IMG/VR virus record: IMGVR_UViG_3300042516_004811
Location: 1-64,000 of that record
Length of the DNA stretch: 64,000 nucleotides
Source: a virus
Direction: 5' to 3' (one strand)
Shown: one piece after another, positions 46,124 through 54,695 of the stretch
Position numbering within the stretch: the first letter of the stretch is position 1
Layout of the letters: the number at the start of each line of letters is the position of its first letter
Made by a program: the position numbers and the translations under genes
The notes under the pieces: generated by a model
The model's input: the letters and a program-made list of their open reading frames with translations, nothing else
Databases searched by the model: none
Told to the model about the DNA's origin: nothing

Positions 46124-46210
46124 TTCCTTTTCTCCTTACCAACGGCATTTCTCGGTTGTGAACCGCTGGCACAGGCACAGTACCACATACGGGACAGACT
46201 TCATAACTCA

Positions 46211-46342
46211 ACTTATCTACCTGCCTCCCCATTCCCAGCGCACAGCCATTCGCACGGCAGAGCCCCGTTGCTTCTGCGATTACGGCGGGGCTCCGGCACT
46301 CGGCGGTTCTAACTGCGAGCGTGGGTGGGCAAGTAAGAAAGT
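46211..46342. repeat. ~132-bp symmetric intergenic element
   Basis: Core at 46260-46293; 39-bp linkers on both sides. Confidence 0.9.
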
Positions 46343-46468
46343 CGGGAAATAGAAACGCATTTAGTTGGCTCGGAGAGTTATCTACCTTTCTCATTTAGGT
46401 AGATAAGTCGGTAGATAAGTGAAAGCCCCTACCCACTAGGGGCAGGGGCTTCACTCGGGGGGTCTCGG

Positions 46469-46909
46469 TTAGAAGGCTCGCACCAGCAGGTTCTGAACTG
46501 CGTCAGCGAGTGAACCCGTTGCCTGTCCTTCATCCACGACTGGTTCAGTCGGCTCGTCTTGGAAGCGGAGAACGCTCACCACGCTCTCACGGCTGGCGAA
46601 CACGGAGAGACGGACACGCCTCTTGGCAGGGTGTTCGCTCGGTGCGCCTTCGGCTTCGCCCTCGCTGTTGAGTGGCGCCGCCCAGCCTGTCGTGACAAGT
46701 GCTATGTAGTCGGACACCTGCGCCACCTTTACGGCAGTATCGCTGTCCAGCAGGTCGTACACATCCCGTTCGGCGGTAGCGAGCGTCAGGCTCACCTCTC
46801 CGTTCAGGTCAATGTTCACGGAGTAGAGGTGTGCGCTACCCATTTCGTAGCCCACCTCTGCGTCAATGATTTCTTCCGCTCTGGAAGCACTTTCGGTGAA
46901 TGTTGCCAT
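46469..46909 (-). CDS. hypothetical protein
   Basis: Repeat promoter plus GAAAGGGA RBS. Confidence 0.7.
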   Translation of the reverse strand: MATFTESASRAEEIIDAEVGYEMGSAHLYSVNIDLNGEVSLTLATAERDVYDLLDSDTAVKVAQVSDYIALVTTGWAAPLNSEGEAEGAPSEHPAKRRVRLSVFASRESVVSVLRFQDEPTEPVVDEGQATGSLADAVQNLLVRAF

Positions 46910-47308
46910 TTGGTTGTCCCTTTCTCGGTTGGTTGGTTGGACACCACGACAGTACCACATACGGTTCAGACTTAGCAAGGGTGGGACTTATCTACCTAGT
47001 CAGCGAGTGCGCTGGTGAGGTTCTTCCACCACCGTGAATGTCTTGGGGAGAGGTTGTCACGCCCTGCCTCACCGCACGGCTTGACGAACTCGGCAACTTG
47101 ATGCGACTTATCTACTTGCCCACCCCTTCCTGCGCCTCACCGCCCCAGCACGGCGGAGCCCCGGCGGTGATGAGCGTCAGCGGGGCTCCTGCCCACCATC
47201 GGCGCACGGAGAGAAATGTCATCGGCTCGGCATTGGGTCGGACTTATCTACCCCCTCACAGAAAGGGGGAGAGAGAGGGTAGATAAGTGCCGAACGCCTA
47301 CGCTACCG

Positions 47309-47599
47309 CTAGGGGTTGCGTGGCGAGTCTGTGGGGAGATGAATGGTCTGCCAAGTGTCTATGCCTGCCCCGTACATCGCTACCAGCGTGTCAATGACGG
47401 CGAGAACATCGCCAGTACAATGACGGCGAGCAATACCGTCTAGCGTGTCGCCACTCACTACCTCAACGCTACGCACGGCGCAGGAAAAGGTGGGAGGCTC
47501 TACCGCCTTGCGTACCGCCCACACTCCTGCCCACAGCAGGGCGAACACTATGGGCGTGAACACTACGAAACGGCGCACGGTGTACTTATCTACCCTCAC
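47309..47599 (-). CDS. membrane-anchored LysM protein
   Basis: TM helix then VVSGDTLDGIARRH; GTGA coupling. Confidence 0.7.
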   Translation of the reverse strand: MRVDKYTVRRFVVFTPIVFALLWAGVWAVRKAVEPPTFSCAVRSVEVVSGDTLDGIARRHCTGDVLAVIDTLVAMYGAGIDTWQTIHLPTDSPRNP

Positions 47600-48063
47600 G
47601 CCGTTGCCTCCTGAATAGCGATGCTCTCCCACGGGTGAGCCTTCTCAAAAATGGCAACATCGTTACCGTTCTCGTCTTTCGTAATGCGCCGAACTTCCAA
47701 CCTGTCATCGTGAATGATGTACAGCCACTCGCACCACGCAAGTTCCTTGTCCTCATTGGTGAACCACGCCGAAGGGTCGTAAAGGCTCGTGTCCGTGTGT
47801 GCGTAGCCGTAGCCTGTCACGCAAGCGTGTGCTTCGTAAAGGCTCGGCTCTCCTGCCTCGCTCGGCTTGGCAAGTGGGTCAATGATAGACCACGAAGCGT
47901 GTTCATAGCAGAGCGTGTGTGCCACATTCACTCTGCCGTCTCGTGCTACAAGTTCGCCAAGAACTCCCACAATGCGTTGTGGGTAGTTGTCCCAATGGAC
48001 ATACCTGCCACGCCACCCGTTTCCGCCGTGTGTTGCGTGTGCCACTATTCCTCGTGTTGCCAT
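47596..48063 (-). CDS. conserved phage hypothetical (Y.HWD.YP motif)
   Basis: MATRG...YVHWDNYP...EWLYI. Confidence 0.7.
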   Translation of the reverse strand: MATRGIVAHATHGGNGWRGRYVHWDNYPQRIVGVLGELVARDGRVNVAHTLCYEHASWSIIDPLAKPSEAGEPSLYEAHACVTGYGYAHTDTSLYDPSAWFTNEDKELAWCEWLYIIHDDRLEVRRITKDENGNDVAIFEKAHPWESIAIQEATA

Positions 48064-48135
48064 TGCTTTCCCTTTCTCGTCAGTTGCTATGGACACCACC
48101 ACAGTACCACGCAAGGTTCAGACTTACAAACCCAA

Positions 48136-48267
48136 ACTTATCTACCTGTCACCCCACGCACGAGCCTCTGCCCTCGCACGGCGAGAGCCCCGATGTTTAG
48201 CCGTCTGTGGCGGGGCTCCAGCTCCTCGCTCACACTCACGCCGGCACGGGTGGACGCGTAGATAAGT
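48136..48267. repeat. ~132-bp symmetric intergenic element (canonical copy)
   Basis: ACTTATCTAC-N39-GAGCCCCG-N18-CGGGGCTC-N39-GTAGATAAGT. Confidence 0.95.
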
Positions 48268-48382
48268 CGGCAAAGTTCAGTCAAGTTCACGACGCTTGCA
48301 GGTTGGTTGTGTTCATACAGACGCATAGACCTATCTACCCTGCCGTTACTAGACAAGGTAGATAAGTCGTGCGGTTAGTTAG

Positions 48383-48781
48383 TTATTCGTCGTCGGACTC
48401 AAACACGGGGACAACAAGGCTTGCACTGCCAGTTGGAGCATCGTGGTGCGAGAGAGAGAACTCAACTCGGTCAGAGAACACTCGGTAGCGGAGAATCCAT
48501 TCTGAATCCACGGTGATTGCACGAACGAACTCGGAGACGGTGCGAGCCTGAAACACTCCACCAACTTCACGATTCCAAAGACGGATTCCCGAAACTCGGA
48601 AAGTGTCAGATTGTGAAAGAAAGTTGTTCAGACACTCGCCAAAGAAGTACAACTCATCTTCGTAGCAAGTACCGAAACACACGGGAGAATCCGTGAAGGT
48701 ATCGGTTTCTTGGTCGTGCACGGTGCAGGTGCAAGTGTTGGTCAGTTCGCCATAGGCGACTGGCATCTCGGTGGTGGTCAT
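48383..48781 (-). CDS. hypothetical protein
   Basis: Repeat promoter, RBS, SHHDAPTG motif. Confidence 0.7.
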   Translation of the reverse strand: MTTTEMPVAYGELTNTCTCTVHDQETDTFTDSPVCFGTCYEDELYFFGECLNNFLSQSDTFRVSGIRLWNREVGGVFQARTVSEFVRAITVDSEWILRYRVFSDRVEFSLSHHDAPTGSASLVVPVFESDDE

Positions 48782-48847
48782 TTCATTCCCTTTCTCGGTG
48801 GTGGACAAGCACAGCGTACCACGCAAGGGTCAGACTTATCTACCTTG

Positions 48848-49102
48848 TTAGTAGGGGTCGTAGTTGTCCCATTCATCTCGCCTACGCTCCAAGTAGCGTT
48901 CTTGGCAGTTGTCATACTCACCACAGGCGTAGAAGTCATCTTGTGACTTGTCAGGATTCTTCGTCAGCCATTCAGCTAAGTCTTCTTCCAGTCCGTCTTC
49001 GTCGTATTCTTCCAGCCAGCGTTCTTCTTGTGATGACAAGCACCCACGCTCACTACCTCTCAACAACCAAGTGTCGTAATCAAGTTGGAACTTCGGTCGC
49101 AC
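48848..49102 (-). CDS. hypothetical acidic protein
   Basis: Repeat promoter, GGAGAGGGA RBS. Confidence 0.6.
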   Translation of the reverse strand: MRPKFQLDYDTWLLRGSERGCLSSQEERWLEEYDEDGLEEDLAEWLTKNPDKSQDDFYACGEYDNCQERYLERRRDEWDNYDPY

Positions 49103-49154
49103 AATAATCCCTCTCCGTTAGTAGCACAACACAACGCTAACACAGAGTGTTCAG

Positions 49155-49286
49155 ACTTATCTACTCGCCCACCCACACACAGCACTCGCACCTCGCGTAG
49201 CGGGAGCCCCGGCGTGGCTCGCTCTGTGGCGGGGCTCCTGCCCAAGGCGGTGGCAGGTGTGTGAACGGGGAGACAGGTAAATAAGT
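49155..49286. repeat. ~132-bp symmetric intergenic element
   Basis: Core at 49204-49237; 39-bp linkers. Confidence 0.92.
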
Positions 49287-49591
49287 CGTCATCCCACCAC
49301 AAACTTTCTCGGATTTATTTTGACACTTACCCACGCAACGAACCTTCTAATAGATGTGAAACGCTACTACTTCTCACATTGTGGTTCTCTCCACCCCATT
49401 AGCCGTGACTTGGTGTTTGATGATGACGGTCAGCCCAAGTCGTACTATCCGCTAGTTGCCTGTCCCGTATGCCGAAAGATTTGCTGGCTCACACACGCAT
49501 ACGAGGCTGGCAATGATGATGAGTAGATAAGTACGGGCAGGGGCTTACCTACCTACATAGAACACGCCACATAGGTAGATAAGTCAGGCGA

Positions 49592-49789
49592 TTACTCGCA
49601 CTCGCACTCGCCCCATTCCTCGCCACAGTCGTCACAGAGTTCGTCAGGCTCACGCTCGTAAGGCTCGGAGTCGTAGTCAGGCTCGTCAGCGTAGTAGTCG
49701 GCGTACCTATCCTCTTGCGCCTTGATAATGGACGCTTCCTCGTTCCAATGCGAGTAGTCCCTAATGCTGGAATGACGCTCGTTAGCCAT
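49592..49789 (-). CDS. hypothetical acidic protein
   Basis: RBS overlaps the GTAGATAA box. Confidence 0.6.
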   Translation of the reverse strand: MANERHSSIRDYSHWNEEASIIKAQEDRYADYYADEPDYDSEPYEREPDELCDDCGEEWGECECE

Positions 49790-49806
49790 TGTTATCTACC
49801 TACCTT

Positions 49807-50283
49807 TCAGACCTTCTTGGCGCACACAGGACCAATGCCACGCTGGACGCTCTTGCTATCGGTTAGTTCCGCACCGCACACACAGCAAATGCCGTACAGC
49901 GCACCGACTTCTTCCGCTTCTTGGATAGTCAGTCGGTCATTGGCAGACAGACGCTTGATAGCACCGCCTTCATAAACCAAACGCTCGCTCTTGGTAGTTG
50001 CTTCTGGAACGAAACGCAATGCGTAGAGTGCCGTGCCTGCTTGGTTCCAACGCACACGGTAGATGTTTGCGCCGTTGCGGTACATACCAACCTCGGTAAC
50101 AGGGTTGATGTCACCTCGTGCGTTCTCACGCTCACGCTGAATGTTGCGAAGCACGGCTTCTATCTGCTTGGTGGTCAGACTGCCCTTAGTGCGCCATTGG
50201 GTGAACAGGGACGCAAGGAATGAGTTGCGCTCGTGGTTCTCCTCTAAGTAGTCAATGGCTCGGTCAAAGTCATTAGTGGACAT
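49807..50283 (-). CDS. DUF6011 Zn-finger protein
   Basis: CCVCGAELTD..S..RGIGPVC. Confidence 0.75.
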   Translation of the reverse strand: MSTNDFDRAIDYLEENHERNSFLASLFTQWRTKGSLTTKQIEAVLRNIQRERENARGDINPVTEVGMYRNGANIYRVRWNQAGTALYALRFVPEATTKSERLVYEGGAIKRLSANDRLTIQEAEEVGALYGICCVCGAELTDSKSVQRGIGPVCAKKV

Positions 50284-50411
50284 AGGTTCCCTTTCTCTTG
50301 GTGGACACTCACAGAGTATCACTAGTGGTACAGACTTATCTACCTAGTCACAGGCTCGGACTTATCTACCTAGTCAGTCACAGTCACCCCCTCGCCCCCG
50401 TCAAATCTCCG

Positions 50412-50544
50412 ACTTTTCTACGCGTCCCCCCACACCCAGCACCTCCCTGCCCCGCAGGGCGGAGCCCCGCACAGTTCGGGCACGGGCCGGGGCTCCAGCT
50501 CGCTGGTGCTGGCTCGGCGTGGATGGGGTGGCAGGTAAATAAGT
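50412..50544. repeat. ~132-bp symmetric intergenic element
   Basis: Core at 50462-50495. Confidence 0.88.
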
Positions 50545-50623
50545 TTGAGAAAGTTCCAAGCAGATGTCCGATACGGGGACTTAGCGAACCTCAAAGTAAA
50601 TGAGAGAGAGGAACAGACAAGAG

Positions 50624-50863
50624 ATGGACGATTACGACAGATACGACCAAGAGTTGGCTACTTGTGCCGTGCTGTATGACGAGATAAACGAGAACTACAT
50701 CTGTGGATACTGCCTAGACGACTTCTCGTTCTCGCAACTCCACGCCACCTACGGTGGGAACATCCTGCCGATACCCACATTCCGTTCACGCAAGACACGC
50801 AAGCACCTGTGTCACGAGATGTGCGGTATGTGTGGTCTACCAGCGTCACGAGCGTTCTCGTAG
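50624..50863 (+). CDS. small Cys-rich protein
   Basis: CGYC...C..CGMC; GAGGA RBS. Confidence 0.5.
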   Translation: MDDYDRYDQELATCAVLYDEINENYICGYCLDDFSFSQLHATYGGNILPIPTFRSRKTRKHLCHEMCGMCGLPASRAFS

Positions 50864-50926
50864 GGGGACAGGGCTTATCTACCCTCCCAGCCCGACGCTA
50901 AGAGGGTAGATAAGTGTCCAGCCTTG

Positions 50927-51442
50927 TCAGCAGATAGAGAAACCGCCAGAGTTCTCCAAGAACTCCACGAACGCACGGACATTCTCCGTGCTGAACGGAT
51001 AGCCAGACTCCCACGACTCTCGTGTGCCTATCCCGTCACAAGCGTTACACCAGCCGTGTGTGCGACCAGTCAAAATCTGAACTTCTACGGACAACTCTTT
51101 GTCGTGTTGCCCCATCTCACGACCAATGTCATCAGTACGGATACCCGTGCCGTCACAGAGGTCGCACTTCTCACGGGGAAGGCTCGCCCTCCACTCGTTG
51201 TATTGACGCTCGTTCTCGGCGGTAGCACCCGTCTCCAACTCGTGGCGCAACTGCTTGGCGAGTTCCAGCGCACCAGACTCATCCAGCCCGTCACCGTCGT
51301 TGTAGTGACCAGACACGCCCTCGCAGAGTTCGGGAGCAACCGTCACGCAGTAGTCCCACAGGGGTCGCCACCACCACACATTGTTGCGGAAGTATTCGCC
51401 CGTCTCGTTGGTCGGCTTCTTGCCGTACACATCCATTCCCAT
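50927..51442 (-). CDS. hypothetical protein with a DnaJ-type CxxCxGxG Zn finger
   Basis: MGMD...YFRNN.W.WRPLW; CDLCDGTG, CNACDGIG. Confidence 0.7.
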   Translation of the reverse strand: MGMDVYGKKPTNETGEYFRNNVWWWRPLWDYCVTVAPELCEGVSGHYNDGDGLDESGALELAKQLRHELETGATAENERQYNEWRASLPREKCDLCDGTGIRTDDIGREMGQHDKELSVEVQILTGRTHGWCNACDGIGTRESWESGYPFSTENVRAFVEFLENSGGFSIC

Positions 51443-51506
51443 TACTTTGCCCCTTTCACTTGGCTCGGTCTTGTGAGCGTACCACACACGGCACAGACTT
51501 ATCTAC

Positions 51507-51677
51507 CTATGCTGATACGGACTCGCTGATGTTGTAGTCACACTCATCCCAAGTCAGGGAGAGGTTGGCTGTCTTGGCAAGGCTGTCAATGTAGGCATTG
51601 ACTATGCGCTCGGCGTGTTCCTCGCTGTCAGCCTCAAACTCATTCACTTCCAGAATGATGTTGGCAGAGAACTTCAT
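51507..51677 (-). CDS. small hypothetical protein (not in the ORF track)
   Basis: MKFSANIILEVNEFEADSEEHA..., AAAGGAG RBS, repeat promoter. Confidence 0.65.
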   Translation of the reverse strand: MKFSANIILEVNEFEADSEEHAERIVNAYIDSLAKTANLSLTWDECDYNISESVSA

Positions 51678-51731
51678 TGGTCTAACTCCTTTGTAGTTGG
51701 TGTGTACGAAACATTACCAGTAAAGGTACAG

Positions 51732-51859
51732 ACTTATCTACTCGCCCCCCGCACCACACGCCTAGCCACCGCAAGGCGGAGCCCCGCTGGTTGCCCGCTG
51801 TAGCCGGGGCTCTTGGCCCCTCGCCCGACTTATCTACCTGTCCTTGTGGGTAGATAAGT
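51732..51859. repeat. symmetric intergenic element (128 bp)
   Basis: Core at 51779-51812. Confidence 0.85.
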
Positions 51860-51877
51860 GGGCGGGTGCGCCTTGGG

Positions 51878-52162
51878 TCAGGCGGTGATTTCCTGCCAGC
51901 CGACCGACTCGCAACGGAACCGCTTGCCGTCGACCTCAACCTCGTCACCGACCGACAGGGCCGTGTGGGTGCGGTCCTCGGGCAGGACTGGCTCCAGCAG
52001 GTTCCAGAACTCACCTGTGTAGGTGTTGGTGTCGTGGAACACGAACTCGCAAACCGTGCGTTCGTTCACATCTGCGATGCTGGTCCACTTCACGGTGGTC
52101 TGGGTCGGCGTTCCGAAGGCCTTCCAAATCACCGTGATGGTGCGTGTGTCTGTGTCGAGCAT
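51878..52162 (-). CDS. hypothetical protein
   Basis: LSVGD.V.VDG....C...GW motif, repeat promoter. Confidence 0.7.
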   Translation of the reverse strand: MLDTDTRTITVIWKAFGTPTQTTVKWTSIADVNERTVCEFVFHDTNTYTGEFWNLLEPVLPEDRTHTALSVGDEVEVDGKRFRCESVGWQEITA

Positions 52163-52222
52163 TGCTCCCCTTTCTGGCGAGCCCTTCTCGCCTTCCCCTG
52201 AACTGTACCACGCACGGTTCAG

Positions 52223-52365
52223 ACTTATTTACCTGCCTACCCGTTCCCTGGGTTCCCCTGGGGCTGGAGCCCCGTTGGTTCGTGCGATTGGTGCGGGGCT
52301 CCGCCCCCGGCGGGCGTGGGGTGGCGCTGGCTAGCTTGCTGGCACGGGATGGCAAGTAGATAAGT
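52223..52365. repeat. symmetric element carrying divergent promoters (143 bp)
   Basis: Core at 52267-52301; both outer boxes overlap repeat promoters. Confidence 0.88.
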
Positions 52366-52415
52366 TTGAACCTTGAGTGGTACATTGATGTCAAGCCAAG
52401 AGAAAGGGAAACGAA

Positions 52416-52679
52416 ATGGCAACACTGCAAGAAGCTCCGTACAAGCCAGAGGGTTGTACTTGCCCCCCCGATGTAAATATTTGGGGTAAAGATATTTGTG
52501 CGGTTTGTCGTGATTATCGTGATGCTTGTGACGAAGCAGAAGCTCTCATCACTTATTGCAAGGTTTGTGACGGCGCTCACGATGGTGGCGAATTTGGCGA
52601 ACTTTGCCCAGCGAATGGTCGCCATTGGTTTGAGCCTTCAGACCCACGAGACCTTTACGATGCGGAGGATAGGTTCTGA
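52416..52679 (+). CDS. small Cys-rich protein
   Basis: Repeat promoter plus GAAAGGGA RBS. Confidence 0.65.
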   Translation: MATLQEAPYKPEGCTCPPDVNIWGKDICAVCRDYRDACDEAEALITYCKVCDGAHDGGEFGELCPANGRHWFEPSDPRDLYDAEDRF

Positions 52680-52882
52680 TGCGAGCAACACACAACACCC
52701 CAATCCCACCCGAAGAGCCCGAGTTTCCGATTCCAGACGATTGCGCTTGCGAGGACGGCGTGAACTGGTGCACCGCTTGCCAGCGAGTGCTAGCGGAGCT
52801 GCTGGCACGGCAAGACGAGGAGGAGCGCTCATTTCGCGAACACGACCACGAGGCTTAGCCACGGCAGGTAAATAAGTCCCCC

Positions 52883-53005
52883 GCTTATCTACCTGTCTGT
52901 CTGTGGCGCGCGCCCGGGGCGGAGCCCCGTTGGCTAGCGCATCCCGCGCGGGGCTCTCCCCCTGGGCCAAGGCTGGCTCGTGCGTGGGGAAGCAAGTAGA
53001 TAAGT
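52883..53005. repeat. symmetric intergenic element (123 bp)
   Basis: Core at 52922-52956. Confidence 0.85.
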
Positions 53006-53032
53006 CTGTCCCATTGCTGGTAATGTGTTGGC

Positions 53033-53419
53033 ATGACCAAGACCACCGAGTACGACAAGAAGTTCCAAGACAAGTACGGCAATGATGTTCCCAAGGGTGA
53101 TGGCGATTGCTTTGACAAGGCCGTGGAAGTAGCGGAGCGATTTGAGAAGGACTACCCCGATGTTCTCATTGTTCACGGAGAACCGATTGGCACGGGTGGT
53201 GAAGCATTGGGGGTTCGCTTTCCTCACGCTTGGGTTGAGTTGGACCTAAATGGCTTTGCGCTCGTGATTGACGAGTCCAATGGAAACGATGTGACGATTT
53301 CCAGGGATTTCTACTACGCTTTCGGCAACATCGTGGAAGCCGATGTGGTGAGGTACACGCTGACCGAGGCACGGATACAGATGCTGAAGCACAAGCACTA
53401 CGGCCCTTGGCACTGGTAG
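53033..53419 (+). CDS. transglutaminase/cysteine-protease-like protein
   Basis: GDCF...VHG...HAWVE..ID; leaderless after TAATGT. Confidence 0.55.
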   Translation: MTKTTEYDKKFQDKYGNDVPKGDGDCFDKAVEVAERFEKDYPDVLIVHGEPIGTGGEALGVRFPHAWVELDLNGFALVIDESNGNDVTISRDFYYAFGNIVEADVVRYTLTEARIQMLKHKHYGPWHW

Positions 53420-53475
53420 ATAAGTCTGAACCTGTAGTGGTACAGTGATGACAGGCCAAGAGAAAGGGAAATAAA

Positions 53476-53628
53476 ATGGCTACACCGAATGAACCCACTG
53501 GGAATTGGAGGGACTACCTCTCTGATGACGAGCCCCTCACGGAGGAGAGCCTGTGGCAGGCAATCGCTGATGCGAACGGGGTGGACTACTCCGAAATCGC
53601 TGACGGCGATTTGGTTGAGTGGCTCTAA
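53476..53628 (+). CDS. small acidic protein (not in the ORF track)
   Basis: [50 protein letters not shown]; repeat promoter plus RBS. Confidence 0.65.
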   Translation: MATPNEPTGNWRDYLSDDEPLTEESLWQAIADANGVDYSEIADGDLVEWL

Positions 53629-53800
53629 AGAGGTAGATAACAATGACCGTGCGGAGGGGGACCCCCACCCCCTCTAATCGGCCCCCGGAGCCCCGCCATG
53701 ATTCGTTTTCGGGGTGGGCATGTAGATAAGTTGACGAAATCCACAGCCGGTCTGTATCCTGAGCCATCCGGGGTGTAACCCGATACCAGAGGAGAAAACC

Positions 53801-54193
53801 ATGGCTACCAAGCCTGCGAAAAAGACCGCCAAGAAGGCGGCACCAAAGAAGACGGTGGCCAAGAAGCCTGCCGCGAAGAAGCCCGTGGCAAAGAAGTCGC
53901 CGGCCAAGAAGAAGCCTGCAGCCAAGAAGGCAAGCGCGAAGAAGGCGCCTGCCAAAAAGGTTGCTGCAAAGAAGTCGCCGGCCAAGAAGGCTGTCGCAAA
54001 GAAGGCTCCGGCTAAGAAGGCTGCAAAGACTGTTGCCAAGAAGGCTCAGCCGAAGAAGAAGCCGATTGCAAAGAAGCTTGCGAAGGTCATTCCGATTACG
54101 CGTCGTAGCAAGTCGACAACGCGCAAGGATGTGAAATACGTATCCGTTCTCTCTACACCAGTGAGTGACGCGACTCCGGAAAGCAATTCCTAA
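53801..54193 (+). CDS. histone H1-like Lys/Ala/Pro-rich DNA-binding protein
   Basis: Repeated AKK/PAKK units, GAGGAG RBS. Confidence 0.8.
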   Translation: MATKPAKKTAKKAAPKKTVAKKPAAKKPVAKKSPAKKKPAAKKASAKKAPAKKVAAKKSPAKKAVAKKAPAKKAAKTVAKKAQPKKKPIAKKLAKVIPITRRSKSTTRKDVKYVSVLSTPVSDATPESNS

Positions 54194-54450
54194 TGTCAGA
54201 AGTTGACCAAGAGTCGATTTCGTTTGACGATTGGATTGCTATAGGAATTACCCGTGGATGGTGTGGACCGCCAGTGTGCTACACGCACGACGGTCTCCCT
54301 ACTGCACTTGAGGAAGACGAAGAGTTTGACGAGGGCCACGACCCCTGTATTCACATCGTTCGAATGTACGAAAGCGAGCAGCATAAAGATGCTGTCGAGC
54401 ACGCGCATTCACCTTCGCAATGGCGAAACCACTATACGGAGAACAAGTAG
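54193..54450 (+). CDS. hypothetical protein
   Basis: TAATG coupling; GWC.PPVC.THDG.P motif. Confidence 0.65.
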   Translation: MSEVDQESISFDDWIAIGITRGWCGPPVCYTHDGLPTALEEDEEFDEGHDPCIHIVRMYESEQHKDAVEHAHSPSQWRNHYTENK

Positions 54451-54486
54451 ATAAGTCGGTCCGAAAATTACGGACAACAAGGACGG

Positions 54487-54519
54487 CGACCTGCCTTGGG
54501 GGGGCGGGTCGCTTTCTTT
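54487..54519 (+). terminator. intrinsic terminator
   Basis: GCGACCTGCC/GGCGGGTCGC stem followed by TTTCTTT. Confidence 0.65.
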
Positions 54520-54695
54520 GCGTCTGACACAAGAACGGAACGTTTCTTAGGTGGGACAGCAGCAGATTCGGGATTTGGTGCTGGGTCTTGGTCGCGCTTT
54601 GCCATAGCAATAGTTTCCCATAGGTGACTTTTCTACAGGGGAACTCAGGGCGTGTCGATTTTTCGTTTTTTTGTTGTCGACTTGTAGCTCAGATT

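Larger units (their letters stand above)
30572..47036 (-). promoter_or_regulatory. unidirectional 13-bp motif TGACGGTGGTGGA, 8 copies
   Basis: Plus-strand TCCACCACCGTCA near 30574, 32035, 32728, 34585, 41196, 43310; single-mismatch variants near 38778 and 47025. Confidence 0.75.
38071..47188. repeat. four elements with left box and core but no matching right box (38071-38150, 41282-41363, 43394-43476, 47106-47188)
   Basis: Left box starts 46-50 bp before GAGCCCCG-N17/18-CGGGGCTC. Confidence 0.8.

Noticed and set aside
37869-51487. ORF-track start codons extending into promoters (37916, 44389, 45186, 46978, 48114, 48826, 50322, 51487)
   Set aside because: These starts lie in or before the repeat promoter or leader; the downstream ATGs after the GAAAGG-type RBS were used instead.
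38117-52956. GAGCCCCG-N18-CGGGGCTC read as a CRISPR- or TIGR-like guide array
   Set aside because: Units are about 1 kb apart, not tandem. The spacers resemble one another (several end CTGTGG, TGTAG or TTGGTG), implying common descent rather than acquired guides. No Cas or Nop-domain gene is present in the window.
44428-53005. Elements as canonical integron attC sites or MITEs
   Set aside because: No RYYYAAC/GTTRRRY ends, the cassettes carry their own promoters, no target-site duplications were seen, the interiors are too divergent for recent transposition, and no integrase or transposase lies in the window. Kept only as an analogy.
53674-54039. Hydrophobic Phe/Ala-rich minus-strand ORF
   Set aside because: Antisense of the Lys/Ala repeat gene, which has the RBS.
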